The notes below the pieces were generated by a model that worked only from the letters and a program-made list of their open reading frames with translations, had not been told where the DNA came from and did not search any database. Of a stretch of 64,000 nucleotides of DNA, positions 27,958 to 38,482 are shown in pieces. A program made the position numbers and the translations under genes. The DNA comes from Dehalococcoidia bacterium (GTDB lineage Bacteria > Chloroflexota > Dehalococcoidia > SM23-28-2 > RBG-16-64-32). The stretch covers positions 196,857 to 260,856 of the forward strand of contig JBBEAZ010000024.1 of assembly GCA_040882565.1 (NCBI GenBank). Reading direction: 5' to 3'. Positions within the stretch are counted from its first letter, which is position 1; the number at the start of each line of letters is the position of its first letter.

Positions 27958-29904
27958 ATGATCCGACTCATTATGGTTTCCGCCCTGGCTCTCGGTGTAT
28001 TCGGCGTCGCACTGATGTCATTCTCCGGCCGGTCGTCCGCGGGCGCGCCTTTCGTGGTCGATAGCACGGCTGACGCCGGCGCCGGTTCGCTGCGCCAGGC
28101 GATACTCGATGCGAACGCTGATCCGGGCTTCGACACGATTGCCTTCGATGCTTCCGTCTTTCCGCCGGCGCTACCGGCCGTCATTCTGCTGGCGAGCGAG
28201 CTGCCGGCGATGACGGACCCGGATGGCACGAGCGTGGATGGCACTGGCGCAGGGGTGATCATCGACGGAGTTGCTCTGGGAGCGGGGGATGCTGGGCTGC
28301 GCTTTCACTCGGGGGCGGGAAACCCTCTAAACAGCGCGATGGCCAAGAACCTAACGGTGAGGAACTTCCCGGGCCGGGGAATTTACATGTGCGGTGGAGA
28401 TGGCATCCTGGCCTGTATCAATCACGACAACTTCAACTCGCTGATTGACGGAGTCACACTCATCTCCAATGGGCACACTGGGGGATACATTACAGGCCGG
28501 ACGGTGACCAATGCAGTCATTACTAACACGGTCGCGACTAACAACGCTTTTCACGGCGTTGAGATCAACTCCTGCACCGGCGACATGATCGAGCCCATCG
28601 TGACAGACAACACCGCGATGGCTAACGAGCGCCACGGGATACAGGTGAATTCCTGCGACGTCCTAGTCGATGCCACTGTCACGGGCAACATCTCCCTTGA
28701 CAACGAGGACTTTGGGATCGAGGTGAACTCCGCGGATCAAATTATGAACCCAACTGTGTCAGACAACGTGGTGAGTGGTAATGACCAAGTGGGGATATAC
28801 GTTAACGCGAGTGACGACATCATTGGAGCGGACATCGCCCGCAACAAGGTCGAGTTGAACGGTGAAGAGGGTGTCTATCTCAATGCCGGCGGCGTTCTGG
28901 ACGACGCAGACGTCCACGCCAACCTGGTCCGCAACAACACAGGCGACGGTATCTACATCGATGGCGGCGCCCTATCACTTGCGCACGAACGAAGCATCAC
29001 AGGAAACATCATCTGTAAGAACGTGGCCAGCGGGCTGAATGTGGCCAACGCGATCCCGCAGAACGCGGAAGGCAACTGGTGGGGCCAGCCCAGCGGCCCG
29101 GCGCCGGGGGGGACGGGCGACGCTATCATCGGAGCGGGTGCGGGGGTTGCGGATGCTGTTCCATGGATCGACACGATGACGGCCAGCGCCGATCCTGCGA
29201 CCACAGGCATCTCCAGCGCGGTCCGCTTCCAGTTTTCGGACGCTGCCGCCACGGTCTTTCTAGGGCAAGGGCTTAGCATCGGTTATCCATTCGTGATCTC
29301 GACGGATATCGGCACGATCACTTCGTCGAGGGCGACCGGACCTATGGCGCCGGAAGCGATCAATGCCCCGGACGGGACGGTCGAAGTTCTGCTGACGCCA
29401 GATAGCGCCGGGCAAGCGACCGTGGAGATCGACGCGCCTTGCGGGCTAGCGCTACTACCGGGCAACCCGCTGGAGGTGGAAGTCGTGGATGCGACGCCAA
29501 CGCCTTCGCCGACGCCGACCCCTTTGCCGACCGCTAGCTCCTCACCTACATCCACACCTACTTCGACGGTTAGCCCCAATCCTTCGCCTTCAGCGACTGC
29601 GACGCCGGGCGGCGAGCAAGTCGTCTGGGGCGACAACAACTGCTCGGGCCCGCCACCGGATCCGGTCGACTCGCTGCTGACGCTGCGCTTCGACGCTGGG
29701 CTCAGCACGAACACCGGGGACTGCCCGGAGATGGGCGAGGTGGTGGAGGTGGCGAACGCCTCGCCGCACCCATGGGGCGATGTCGATTGTTCGGGCGAGG
29801 TGAACCCGGTGGATTCGCTGAAGCTGCTGCGGTTTGATGCGGGGTTGCCGGTGGGCCAGCCGGACGGGTGTCCGGACCCGGGCGAGATGGTGACGGTCAG
29901 CTAG
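27958..29904 (+). CDS. Secreted parallel beta-helix (NosD/PbH1-like) protein with PT linker and Cys-dockerin-like C-terminal module
   Basis: ATG 27958 after tggag. Signal peptide MIRLIMVSALALGVFGVALMSFSGRSSAG. GSLRQAILDAN. Stacked ~22-aa repeats (VTDNTAMANERHGIQVNS / VTGNISLDNEDFGIEVNS / VSDNVVSGNDQVGIYVNA / VRNNTGDGIYIDG). AEGNWWG. Linker [24 protein letters not shown]. Module 29626-29901: WGDNNCSGPPPDPVDSLLTLRFDAGLSTNTGDCPEMGEVVEVANASPHPWGDVDCSGEVNPVDSLKLLRFDAGLPVGQPDGCPDPGEMVTVS. Confidence 0.8.
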   Translation: MIRLIMVSALALGVFGVALMSFSGRSSAGAPFVVDSTADAGAGSLRQAILDANADPGFDTIAFDASVFPPALPAVILLASELPAMTDPDGTSVDGTGAGVIIDGVALGAGDAGLRFHSGAGNPLNSAMAKNLTVRNFPGRGIYMCGGDGILACINHDNFNSLIDGVTLISNGHTGGYITGRTVTNAVITNTVATNNAFHGVEINSCTGDMIEPIVTDNTAMANERHGIQVNSCDVLVDATVTGNISLDNEDFGIEVNSADQIMNPTVSDNVVSGNDQVGIYVNASDDIIGADIARNKVELNGEEGVYLNAGGVLDDADVHANLVRNNTGDGIYIDGGALSLAHERSITGNIICKNVASGLNVANAIPQNAEGNWWGQPSGPAPGGTGDAIIGAGAGVADAVPWIDTMTASADPATTGISSAVRFQFSDAAATVFLGQGLSIGYPFVISTDIGTITSSRATGPMAPEAINAPDGTVEVLLTPDSAGQATVEIDAPCGLALLPGNPLEVEVVDATPTPSPTPTPLPTASSSPTSTPTSTVSPNPSPSATATPGGEQVVWGDNNCSGPPPDPVDSLLTLRFDAGLSTNTGDCPEMGEVVEVANASPHPWGDVDCSGEVNPVDSLKLLRFDAGLPVGQPDGCPDPGEMVTVS

Positions 29905-29985
29905 CTGGGTCGGTGAGCGCCCGTCTGGACTGTTTAACCCGCCGTTGTTAAGCTTGCGTCACTCTAGCATCAACGGGGGTGTGTG

Positions 29986-31416
29986 ATGGTCCGAAAAATC
30001 CTTGTCCCTTCAATACTAGTCGGAGTACTAGCGATCCTTCTTGGTCTGGGAATGACCGGCCCGTCGGACGGTGGAGCGGCCTTCCCGGGTACGAATGGGA
30101 GGATCGCTTTTCGAGATACTGTATCCGGCGAAACAGACATCTATACTATGAACCCCGATGGTTCCGATGTTGATCAGCTGACGGACGCCGCAGGCCAAGA
30201 CTCGACCCCAGGCTGGTCGGCGGATGGGACCAAGATACTATTCTCCAGCCAACGTGATCCCGAGAGCCGGGAGATCTACGTCATGAATGCGGACGGCTCT
30301 AATCAGACGCGCATTACCACCAACAACGTCGACGACGCGAGACCTACTTTCTCGCCGGACGGAACAAAGATCGCGTTCGACACGGGTCGGCACGCCGTAG
30401 GGATGGATAACAATTACGAGATCTACGTGATGGATCTGGACGGCTCGAACGAGGAACGCTTGACCACCAACACCGTCCATGACCGTGACGCAGACTGGTC
30501 GCCGGATGGGACAAAGATCACCTGGGGGAGCGGTTCTGACGTCTGGGTTATGGACGCCGACGGAAGCAACCAGACGAACCTGACTCCGAGCGCCTTCGAA
30601 GGTGGGGATCCTGGTTGGTCGCCCGATGGCACGAAGATAGTTTTCACTGGTTTCGTACCCGACGAGCAAAACACAGATGTCTACGTGATGGACGCAAACG
30701 GCGCGAATATCACGAACCTGACTCAGACAGACAACACCGGCGAGAGAGACCCGAGGTTTTCGCCGGATGGAACGAAGATCGTGTTCCACCAGAACGGCAC
30801 CGGCGTCGTGGTGATGGATGCGAACGGCAGCAACCCTGTCACGATCAACACGAGCACGAACGCCATAATGCTCGATTGGGGGCCGGCGCCGAGTCCCACA
30901 CCCTCGCCAACGCCGACCCTGTCGCCGACGCCAGTCGGCCAGACGCCCAGCCCCAGCCCAACGCCGTCCCCGACGCCTTCGCCGACGCCGGTGGGGCAGA
31001 CGCCCTCGCCCTCACCTACGCCCTCTCCCACGCCCTCGCCCACGCCGGAGGGCCAGACTCCTGCACCCACGCCCACGCCCACGCCTTCGCCGACGCCGGA
31101 GCCCACGGACACGCCAGGCCCCGGCGAGCAACTCATCTGGGGCGACAACAACTGCTCTGGCCCGCCGCCAGACCCGGTCGACGCGCTGCTGGCGTTGCGC
31201 TTTGACGCGGGCCTGAGCACCAACACCGGCGACTGCCCGCCGATGGGCGAGGTGGTGGAGGTGACGAACGCGTCGCCGCATCCGTGGGGGGACGTCGACT
31301 GCTCGGGCGAGGTGAACCCGGTTGACTCGCTGAAGCTGCTGCGGTTCGACGCGGGGTTGAGCGTCTCACAGGGGGCGGGGTGTCCGGAGATCGGTGAGAC
31401 GGTGGTTATCGATTAA
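29986..31416 (+). CDS. Secreted PD40/TolB-type beta-propeller protein with PT linker and Cys-dockerin-like module
   Basis: Signal peptide MVRKILVPSILVGVLAILLGLG. Repeats such as WSADGTKILFSSQRD..EIYVMNADGSNQTRIT, FSPDGTKIAFDT, WSPDGTKITWGS, WSPDGTKIVFTG, FSPDGTKIVFHQ. Linker with a 17-aa repeat ([19 protein letters not shown]). Module 31138-31413. Confidence 0.8.
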   Translation: MVRKILVPSILVGVLAILLGLGMTGPSDGGAAFPGTNGRIAFRDTVSGETDIYTMNPDGSDVDQLTDAAGQDSTPGWSADGTKILFSSQRDPESREIYVMNADGSNQTRITTNNVDDARPTFSPDGTKIAFDTGRHAVGMDNNYEIYVMDLDGSNEERLTTNTVHDRDADWSPDGTKITWGSGSDVWVMDADGSNQTNLTPSAFEGGDPGWSPDGTKIVFTGFVPDEQNTDVYVMDANGANITNLTQTDNTGERDPRFSPDGTKIVFHQNGTGVVVMDANGSNPVTINTSTNAIMLDWGPAPSPTPSPTPTLSPTPVGQTPSPSPTPSPTPSPTPVGQTPSPSPTPSPTPSPTPEGQTPAPTPTPTPSPTPEPTDTPGPGEQLIWGDNNCSGPPPDPVDALLALRFDAGLSTNTGDCPPMGEVVEVTNASPHPWGDVDCSGEVNPVDSLKLLRFDAGLSVSQGAGCPEIGETVVID

Positions 31417-31506
31417 GCGCACGTCGTCGCAGACCACGGCTGCTGATGGCGTGGACGGCGGCGGCGGTCGCTGGTATGCTTGCGCCAGTCAACTCTGGGG
31501 GGAGCG

Positions 31507-32910
31507 ATGTCAGTCCTGATGAATGTGGTCCGCGCATGGCTGCTCGGCGTCGTCATCGTTGTTCTTCTACTCGCAGTCGCTGGATCCTCCACCGGCAGCG
31601 CAGCTTTTCCAGGATTCAACGGTCAACTGGCATGGCATTCGTATGGCTCGGGCGAGTCTTCCGATATCCACACCATGGACCCGGACGGCGGGAACCGCAC
31701 CAACCTTACGAATACCCCGAACGTTAGCGAAGATGATCCCGCTTGGTCGCCGGACGGGACGCAGATTGCGTACACGAGGGACGGTGACATCTGGATAATG
31801 GATGCGGATGGTGATAACGAGGCAAACCTGACGAATACGAGCACCATCATGGAATATGTGCCGGCGTGGTCTCCAGATGGCACGAAGATGCTCTTCGTCC
31901 ATCTCCCGGCAATGGGCGGCGGCAACTCAGAGATCTACGTTATGGACAGCGATGGGTCTGATCTAGTGAACCTGACCAACGCTTCCGACAGTAGCGAAGG
32001 GTACCCGGATTGGTCGCCCGATGGCACGAAGATCGCCTTCCAGAGCAACCGCGACGGCAGCGGTACCAATATCGAGATCTACGTAATGAACGCCAACGGC
32101 TCGAACCAGACCAACCTCAGCAACAACAGTGCCTGGGACCAGGTGCCTACGTGGTCACCCGACGGTTCGCACGTCGCCTTTTGGAGCGACCGGGACGGCG
32201 ACCTGGACATCTACATGATGGACGCCAACGGCATGAACCAGGTCAACCTCACGAACACCGCAGCGGACGACTACGACCCCGTATGGTCTCCGGACGGCAC
32301 AAAGATCGCCTACACCAAGTACGATGAGGCTAACGACGTCGAAGACATCTACGTAATGAACGCCAACGGATCCAGTCAGCCCAATATGACCAATGACGGT
32401 ATGGGCGGAAGGAACTTCGGCGTGGACTGGCAGCGGCTGTTGACCGCGCCCACTCCCACACCTTCGCCAACGCCAAGCCCAACGGCCACATCCGCGTCCA
32501 CGCCAACACCGACGCCAACGGCTACGCCCACGCCGACGGCGACGGATGAGCCAACCGACACGGCGACGCCGACGGCCACGCCAACACCAACACCGACTGA
32601 AACGCCGACGGGCCAGGAGGTGGCGTGGGGCGACAACAATTGCTCCGGCCCGCCTCCCGACCCGGTGGACTCGCTGCTGACGCTGCGCTTTGACGCGGGG
32701 CTTGGCACGAACACCGGCGACTGCCCGGAGATGGGCGAGGTCGTGGAGGTCGCGGCCGCGTCGCCGCACCCATGGGGCGACGTCGACTGCTCGGGCGAGG
32801 TGAACCCGGTGGACTCGCTGAAGCTGCTGCGTTTCGACGCGGGGCTGGATGTCGCGCAGGCGGACGGTTGTCCGGCGCTCGGTGACGCTGTCCTCGTCAA
32901 CGAGAGCTGA
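31507..32910 (+). CDS. Secreted PD40/TolB-type beta-propeller protein with PT linker and Cys-dockerin-like module
   Basis: ATG 31507 after ggggggag. Signal peptide MSVLMNVVRAWLLGVVIVVLLLAVAGSSTGSAA. Repeats WSPDGTQIAYTRDGDIWIMDADGDNEANLTN, WSPDGTKMLF, WSPDGTKIAFQSNRDG, WSPDGSHVAFWSDRDGDLDIYMMDANG, WSPDGTKIAYT. Module 32626-32907. Confidence 0.8.
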   Translation: MSVLMNVVRAWLLGVVIVVLLLAVAGSSTGSAAFPGFNGQLAWHSYGSGESSDIHTMDPDGGNRTNLTNTPNVSEDDPAWSPDGTQIAYTRDGDIWIMDADGDNEANLTNTSTIMEYVPAWSPDGTKMLFVHLPAMGGGNSEIYVMDSDGSDLVNLTNASDSSEGYPDWSPDGTKIAFQSNRDGSGTNIEIYVMNANGSNQTNLSNNSAWDQVPTWSPDGSHVAFWSDRDGDLDIYMMDANGMNQVNLTNTAADDYDPVWSPDGTKIAYTKYDEANDVEDIYVMNANGSSQPNMTNDGMGGRNFGVDWQRLLTAPTPTPSPTPSPTATSASTPTPTPTATPTPTATDEPTDTATPTATPTPTPTETPTGQEVAWGDNNCSGPPPDPVDSLLTLRFDAGLGTNTGDCPEMGEVVEVAAASPHPWGDVDCSGEVNPVDSLKLLRFDAGLDVAQADGCPALGDAVLVNES

Positions 32911-33057
32911 TGCTCACGCGCATCCAGCACGCAGGTATGCGCGCTTCTGTCTCAACGGCCTCAGATTTGGGACGCCAGTTCTCCGCTGCAGGGATGACAA
33001 GTTAGACACGCGTACAGGCCGCTGATATGCTTGCCGAAATCCTTTGGGAGGTGCTTG

Positions 33058-34446
33058 ATGTCGCACAGACTCGTCTTAGTTCTCGGCTCACTCGTTGCCC
33101 TGATCGTGCTCACACTGCTCTTGCTGAGCGCCGATAGCGGGCAGGCCGTCACCCCGGGTTTCAACGGTAGCATCGCGTTCGACTCGGACCGCGATGGCGG
33201 GGGCCACTTTGACATCTTCGTGATGAATCCGGACGGGAGCGACAAGACGAACGTCACGAACACGTCCAACGACGATGAGTACGGCCCCCGTTTTTCGCCG
33301 GATGGCACGCGCATCGTGTTCTATGGCAACCAGCACGTCTTTACGATCGACGCGGACGGCGCCAATCGCTCGGCGGCGCTGACCTCCGAGGGACAAAACC
33401 TGTTTCCGGGCTGGTCTCCGGACGGCACACAGATCGTGTACGCCAGCAGCGCCACCGGCGACCTAAACGTGTACGTGATGGACGCGAACGGTGCGAACAA
33501 GACCCCCCTCACAGCGGGTGACACCGACAGCGCTCCCGATTGGTCGCCGGACGGCAGCAAGATCGCCTTCACCAGCTCCCGCGACGGCAACAGGGAGATT
33601 TACGTGATGAACTCGGACGGCTCCAACGAGACGCGCATCACGAATGACACGGCGAAGGACAATGCGCCCAAGTGGTCACCAGACGGTTCCAAGATAGCGT
33701 TCTCCACGGACCGCGATAGCAATCCGGAGATATACCTCATGGACGCGGACGGCTCTAATCCAGTGAACCTGACGAACACAGCGACGTCGGAAGACCGGCC
33801 CACCTGGTCTCCGGACGCGACAAAGATCGCGTTCCAGCAGGCAGACGGAGACGACCAGAATGTTTTCGTAATGAATAGCGACGGCACCAACCCGGTCAGC
33901 CTGACGGAGCAGCCCGGCACGACCAACGAGAAGCCCGACTGGCAGCGGGTGGACAGCACACCCACACCCTCTCCCAGCCCAACCGGCTCGCCGACGCCGT
34001 CACCGACCGCCAGCGCAACCGAGACCGCGTCTGCCTCCGCCTCGGCCACCGCCACGCCCACGGATAGCGGAGAACAGACCGCGACGGCGACACCGACGGG
34101 GACAGCGATGCCAACGATTGGCCCCACCGCGCCGCCGACGAGCCCCGGTGGCGGCGACGAGCGCACCTGGGGCGACGACAACTGCTCCGGCGAGGCAGAC
34201 CCCGTTGACTCGCTGCTGACGCTGCGCTTCGACGCCGGCCTGGACGCCAACACCGGCGACTGCCCGCCGCTGGGGACGGAGGTGGATGTGCTCAACGCCT
34301 CGCTGCACCTCTGGGGCGACGTCGACTGCTCGAGCGAGGTGAACCCGGTGGATTCGTTGAAGCTGCTGCGGTTCGACGCGGGGTTGCCAGTGGATCAGCC
34401 AGATGGCTGCCCAGAGCTGGGCGCGACCGTCGCGGTCGTCAGTTAG
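33058..34446 (+). CDS. Secreted PD40/TolB-type beta-propeller protein with PT linker and Cys-dockerin-like module
   Basis: ATG 33058 after gggagg. Signal peptide MSHRLVLVLGSLVALIVLTLLLLSADSGQA. Repeats FSPDGTRIVF, WSPDGTQIVYAS, WSPDGSKIAFTSSRDGNREIYVMNSDGSNETRIT, WSPDGSKIAFSTDRDSNPEIYLMDADGSN, WSPDATKIAF. Module 34168-34443 (GEADPVDS variant of loop 1). Confidence 0.8.
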   Translation: MSHRLVLVLGSLVALIVLTLLLLSADSGQAVTPGFNGSIAFDSDRDGGGHFDIFVMNPDGSDKTNVTNTSNDDEYGPRFSPDGTRIVFYGNQHVFTIDADGANRSAALTSEGQNLFPGWSPDGTQIVYASSATGDLNVYVMDANGANKTPLTAGDTDSAPDWSPDGSKIAFTSSRDGNREIYVMNSDGSNETRITNDTAKDNAPKWSPDGSKIAFSTDRDSNPEIYLMDADGSNPVNLTNTATSEDRPTWSPDATKIAFQQADGDDQNVFVMNSDGTNPVSLTEQPGTTNEKPDWQRVDSTPTPSPSPTGSPTPSPTASATETASASASATATPTDSGEQTATATPTGTAMPTIGPTAPPTSPGGGDERTWGDDNCSGEADPVDSLLTLRFDAGLDANTGDCPPLGTEVDVLNASLHLWGDVDCSSEVNPVDSLKLLRFDAGLPVDQPDGCPELGATVAVVS

Positions 34447-34526
34447 CCGCGGCGGTGGACCTCTGCTGGACGATAGGTTCCGGCCGTTGGTATGCTCTAG
34501 GCCGATTGATCCCGGGGAGGCCGATC

Positions 34527-36383
34527 ATGCTGATTAAACGTATGCGTCTTGCACCTCTGTACTTCGCGGCGCTTGTCGCGCTGGCGGCGCTGCTCTGGCA
34601 GGTTAGCAATGGTGGCGCCGCGGCCGGCGACACGGAGCGGGTCAGTGTAGACAGCTTCGAGAACGAGGTGACCGGCGGCGACAACGAAGACGCGGCCATC
34701 AGCGCGGATGGGCGCTACGTGGCGTTTATGTCAGGCGCAGTTGACCTCGTACCGGATGACAACAACGGCATGCAGGATGCGTTTGTCCGGGACCGCCAGG
34801 CCGGAACCACGGAGCGGGTGAGCGTGGACAGTTCGGGTGTCGAAGGCGACCAGCACAGCGGCGCGGTGGGAATCAGCGGTGACGGCCGCTACGTGGTCTT
34901 CCAATCCAACGCCAACAACTTCGTGCCCGGCGATAACGACAACGACAGCGACATCTTCGTCCACGACCGGCAGACAGGTGACACGGAGATTGTGAGCGTA
35001 GACAGTTCCGGGAACCACGGCGACGCTTCCAGCTTTGGCCCAGCAGCGATCAGCGCGGACGGCCGCTACGTCGCCTTTTACTCCGGTGCCACCAATCTCG
35101 TGACCGGTGATATGAACGACGTGTATGACACGTTTGTCCACGACCGCCAGACCGGCGACACCGAGCGCGTGAGCGTCGACGGCTCCGGCGACGAGGGCGA
35201 TTTCAACACCTTCGGACCCACCATCAGCTCGGACGGCCGTTACGTCGGCTTCGATACGCGCTCCGTCCTGGTGCCGGACGACCTGAACGGAGAAGTAGAC
35301 GTGTACGTTCACGACCGCCAGACCGGCGACACCGAGCGGGTCAGCGTGGACAGCGCCGGCGAGGAAGGGAGCGACGCTAGTTTCTACGGTCATATCAGCG
35401 GCGACGGTCGCTACGTCGCGTTCGAGTCGCGGGCGATCGATCTGGTGCTGGGTGACACGAACGGGGACGTGGCTGACATCTACATTCACGACCGCCAGAC
35501 AGGTGAGACGGAGCGGGTGAGCGTGGACAGCGACGGGAACCAGGGAAGCGGCCAGAGCCTGAGAAGCGGCATTAGCGGGGACGGCAGGTATGTCACGTTC
35601 GGTAGCCACTCCGCTCTTGTGCCAGAGGATGGGAACGGTTTCTCCGACGTCTACATCCACGACCGCCAAACGGGCGTCACGGATTGGGTCAGTGACGATA
35701 TCTCAGGGAACCAGGGGGACGGCAACAGCTGGGGCAGCGAGAGTGACGCGACCATCAGCGAAGACGGCCGGTTCGTTGCGTTCACCTCAGACGCCACTGA
35801 CCTCGTTGCGCTGGATGACAACGAGATTCGCGACGCCTTCGTCCATGACCTCGGTCCGCCGGCAACGCCGACGCCGAGTCCATCGCCCTCGCCAACTTCG
35901 TCGCCGACCGCTACAGCGACACCCACGCCGACGCCAACGCTAACCTCGACGCCAACTCTTCCATGTCCCGGGGCGACGGCTCCTCCGGGCGGCACCTGCC
36001 CCCCTTGCCCAGGGTTCGAGCCTCAGGGCGAGGGCGTTCATGTCGAGTCGACCTGCCCGCCCACGCCTTCACCGTCACCGTCCGGGGCGCAGATCCCCTG
36101 GGGCGACAACAATTGTTCTGGCCCGCCGCCTGACCCGGTTGACTCGCTGCTCACGCTGCGCTTCGACGCCGGGCTCGGCACGAATACCGGCGACTGCCCG
36201 CCGCTGGGCGAGGTGGTCGAGGTGGCGAACGCGTCGCCGCACCCGTGGGGAGACGTCGACTGCTCGGGTGAGGTCAACCCGGTGGATTCGCTGAAGCTGC
36301 TGCGGTTCGATGCGGGGCTGCCGGTAGACCAGCCCCAGGGCTGCCCGCAGTTGGGTGCGACAGTACTGGTCGCTGAGGGCTGA
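34527..36383 (+). CDS. Secreted repeat (propeller-like) protein with PT linker and Cys-dockerin-like module
   Basis: ATG 34527 after ggggagg. Signal peptide MLIKRMRLAPLYFAALVALAALLWQVSNGGAAAG. About nine ~48-aa repeats TERVSVDSxGxEGxxxSxxxxISxDGRYVAFxSxAxNLVxxDxNxxxDxFVHDRQTG. Module 36099-36380. Confidence 0.75.
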   Translation: MLIKRMRLAPLYFAALVALAALLWQVSNGGAAAGDTERVSVDSFENEVTGGDNEDAAISADGRYVAFMSGAVDLVPDDNNGMQDAFVRDRQAGTTERVSVDSSGVEGDQHSGAVGISGDGRYVVFQSNANNFVPGDNDNDSDIFVHDRQTGDTEIVSVDSSGNHGDASSFGPAAISADGRYVAFYSGATNLVTGDMNDVYDTFVHDRQTGDTERVSVDGSGDEGDFNTFGPTISSDGRYVGFDTRSVLVPDDLNGEVDVYVHDRQTGDTERVSVDSAGEEGSDASFYGHISGDGRYVAFESRAIDLVLGDTNGDVADIYIHDRQTGETERVSVDSDGNQGSGQSLRSGISGDGRYVTFGSHSALVPEDGNGFSDVYIHDRQTGVTDWVSDDISGNQGDGNSWGSESDATISEDGRFVAFTSDATDLVALDDNEIRDAFVHDLGPPATPTPSPSPSPTSSPTATATPTPTPTLTSTPTLPCPGATAPPGGTCPPCPGFEPQGEGVHVESTCPPTPSPSPSGAQIPWGDNNCSGPPPDPVDSLLTLRFDAGLGTNTGDCPPLGEVVEVANASPHPWGDVDCSGEVNPVDSLKLLRFDAGLPVDQPQGCPQLGATVLVAEG

Positions 36384-36451
36384 CGCCAAGCGAACGTCAG
36401 CGTCTATACTCTGTCGCAACTACCGAGCGTCGCCTACTTCTGGAGAAGACC

Positions 36452-38462
36452 ATGTTTCGTACGATCGCATCCATCGCAGTCGCGCTAATTGCCTTACCGT
36501 TGGCCTGGCAGGCCTCCGCCCCCCCCGGACGCTGTGGGTGGCCCGGTGATCCTCGTGGACACGACGGACGAAGCGGCGGTGAGCGACGGCAACTGCTCGA
36601 TCAGCGAAGCGATCTCGGCTGCCAACCTTGGGGCGATGGTTGACAACTGCGACGGCACGGCATCGGACGCGATCGCATTCGATCTGGGCACGGGCACCCC
36701 GATGATCACGGTCGCCGGCGAGCTGCCGGAGATCACGGCACCGGTGACGATACTGGGCAACACCGGCGGCGCGACGCGTGTCGAGCTGCGCGGGCCGGGC
36801 GGTATGGGCCCTGAAACCGGTCTATTTGTCGCCGCGACGGCACCGGGGACGGTCATTCGCAAAATGGTGATCAACAGTTTTCCGAACGCAGGCATATCAA
36901 TCGAGGCCGCCGACGTAACGGTAACGGGGAGCTTCATCGGCACCAACGCGGACGGCACGATTGCGATGTACAACTTCTACGGAATCACAGCGGACGCCAC
37001 GTCTGGATTGCACATTGGTGGAACGAGCGGTGTCACACCGGGGGGTCCCTGCACAGGGGATTGCAACCTGATTTCCGGCAACGAGGAAGGTGTCTTCCTT
37101 GGCACGGATGCTGTGCTGGAAGGGAACTTCATCGGCACAAATGCCGCGGGCACGAGCGCCCTCCCCAACGTTGCCGGCGTTAAGCTGAACCCGAACCAGA
37201 CACACGCGCTGGTAGGGGGGACCGCACCGGGCGCGGGCAACCTGATCTCCGGCAACTCAGAGTTCGGCATATATTCGGAGCAGGCGCTCACGATCCAGGG
37301 AAACCGTATCGGCACCAACGCGGCTGGTACGGGCGCGGTGCCCAACGGGCCTCAAGCTGCCACTACGGCGGAGTCATTCTCAACGGCAGCAGCAACGGCT
37401 TTGCGTCTGATCCCACGCTCATCGGCGGGACGACGGCCGCCGCGCGGAACGTGATTTCGGGAAATAACGGCTCCGGCATCGTGATCAGTGACGGCGCAAC
37501 AGGCGTGCAGATTCAGGGTAACCGGATCGGGACGACGGCAAACGGACAGTCGGCGCTGGGCAACCTCGCCACGGGAGTGTACATTTTTGCTGCTTCAGGC
37601 AATTCCGTCGGCGGCAGCGACACCGGCGAGGGCAACACCATCGCCTTTAACAACCGCGGGGTGCGCGTTGACGGCGGCGGCGGCGCGACCATCTCGAACG
37701 CGATCCAGGGCAATTCCATCCACAGCAACACCAATGAGGGGATCGACAATATCGACGGCGGAAACGACGAGGTCGGTCCTCCCGTGATAAGCGGTACAGG
37801 CTCGGCATTCGGCACCGCCTGCGCTGACTGCGAGATTGACGTCTTTTCAGACAGCGAAAACGAGGGGCGGATCTACGAAGGCAAGGTCGGCGCGGACGGC
37901 AACGGCGACTGGACCTTCGATGGCCCGCTGACCGGCCCTTTCATCACCGCCACCGCCACCGATCCCATCAACAACACTTCCGAGTTCTCTGAGCCGTTCT
38001 TGCTGCCGGCCACGCCAACACCGTCGCCAAGCCCGACGCCTTCGCCGACACCTACGCCGACCGCCACGCCAACATCGACCGCGACCGGCAGTCAGACCGC
38101 CACCGCCACGCCGACATCAACAGCGACAGCGGTAACGACGCCCACGCCGTCCAGCACCGGTGAAGAGTTAGAAGTGCCGTGGGGCGGGCGACGCCAACTG
38201 CTCCGGGCCGCCGCCAGACCCGGTCGACTCGCTGCTCACGCTGCGCTTCGACGCTGGGCTCGGCACGAATACGGGCGACTGCCCGCCGATGGGCGACGTG
38301 GTCGAAGTGGGCGAAGCGTCGCCTCACCCGTGGGGTGATGTCGATTGCTCGGGAGAGGTTAACCCGGTGGACTCGCTGAAGATCCTCCGCGCCGACGCTG
38401 GTCTAAGCGTCGCGAAACCGGAGGGTTGCCCGGCCATCGGGGATGAGGTGACCATCGCCTAA
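36452..38462 (+). pseudogene. Beta-helix family member with three reading-frame disruptions (signal peptide, helix body and dockerin-like module all recognisable)
   Basis: Signal peptide MFRTIASIAVALIALPLAWQASA is in frame 2 (36452). After a C8 run (36519-36526) the homologous sequence DAVGGPVILVDTTDEAAVSDGNCSISEAISAAN continues in frame 0. Near 37345-37360 it returns to frame 2 (GGVILNGSSNGFASDPTLIGGTTAAARNVISGNNGSGIVI...). At 38182-38189 a 4-bp tandem duplication (gggcgggc) inside the WGD codons puts the C-terminal module (DANCSGPPPDPVDSLLTLRFDAGLGTNTGDCPPMGDVVEV...GCPAIGDEVTIA, stop 38460-38462) out of frame. Confidence 0.7.
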
Positions 38463-38482
38463 GGTCGTCCCGGCGCACCGTC

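Noticed and set aside
29626-29901. Interpreting the conserved C-terminal module as a secretion or sorting tag (T9SS-CTD-like, PEP-CTERM/MYXO-CTERM-like).
   Set aside because: It has no terminal TM helix or basic tail. Its internal duplication with EF-hand-type loops fits dockerins better. One family member (52978) carries it at the N-terminus. The sorting idea is not excluded experimentally, so it stays as the alternative hypothesis.
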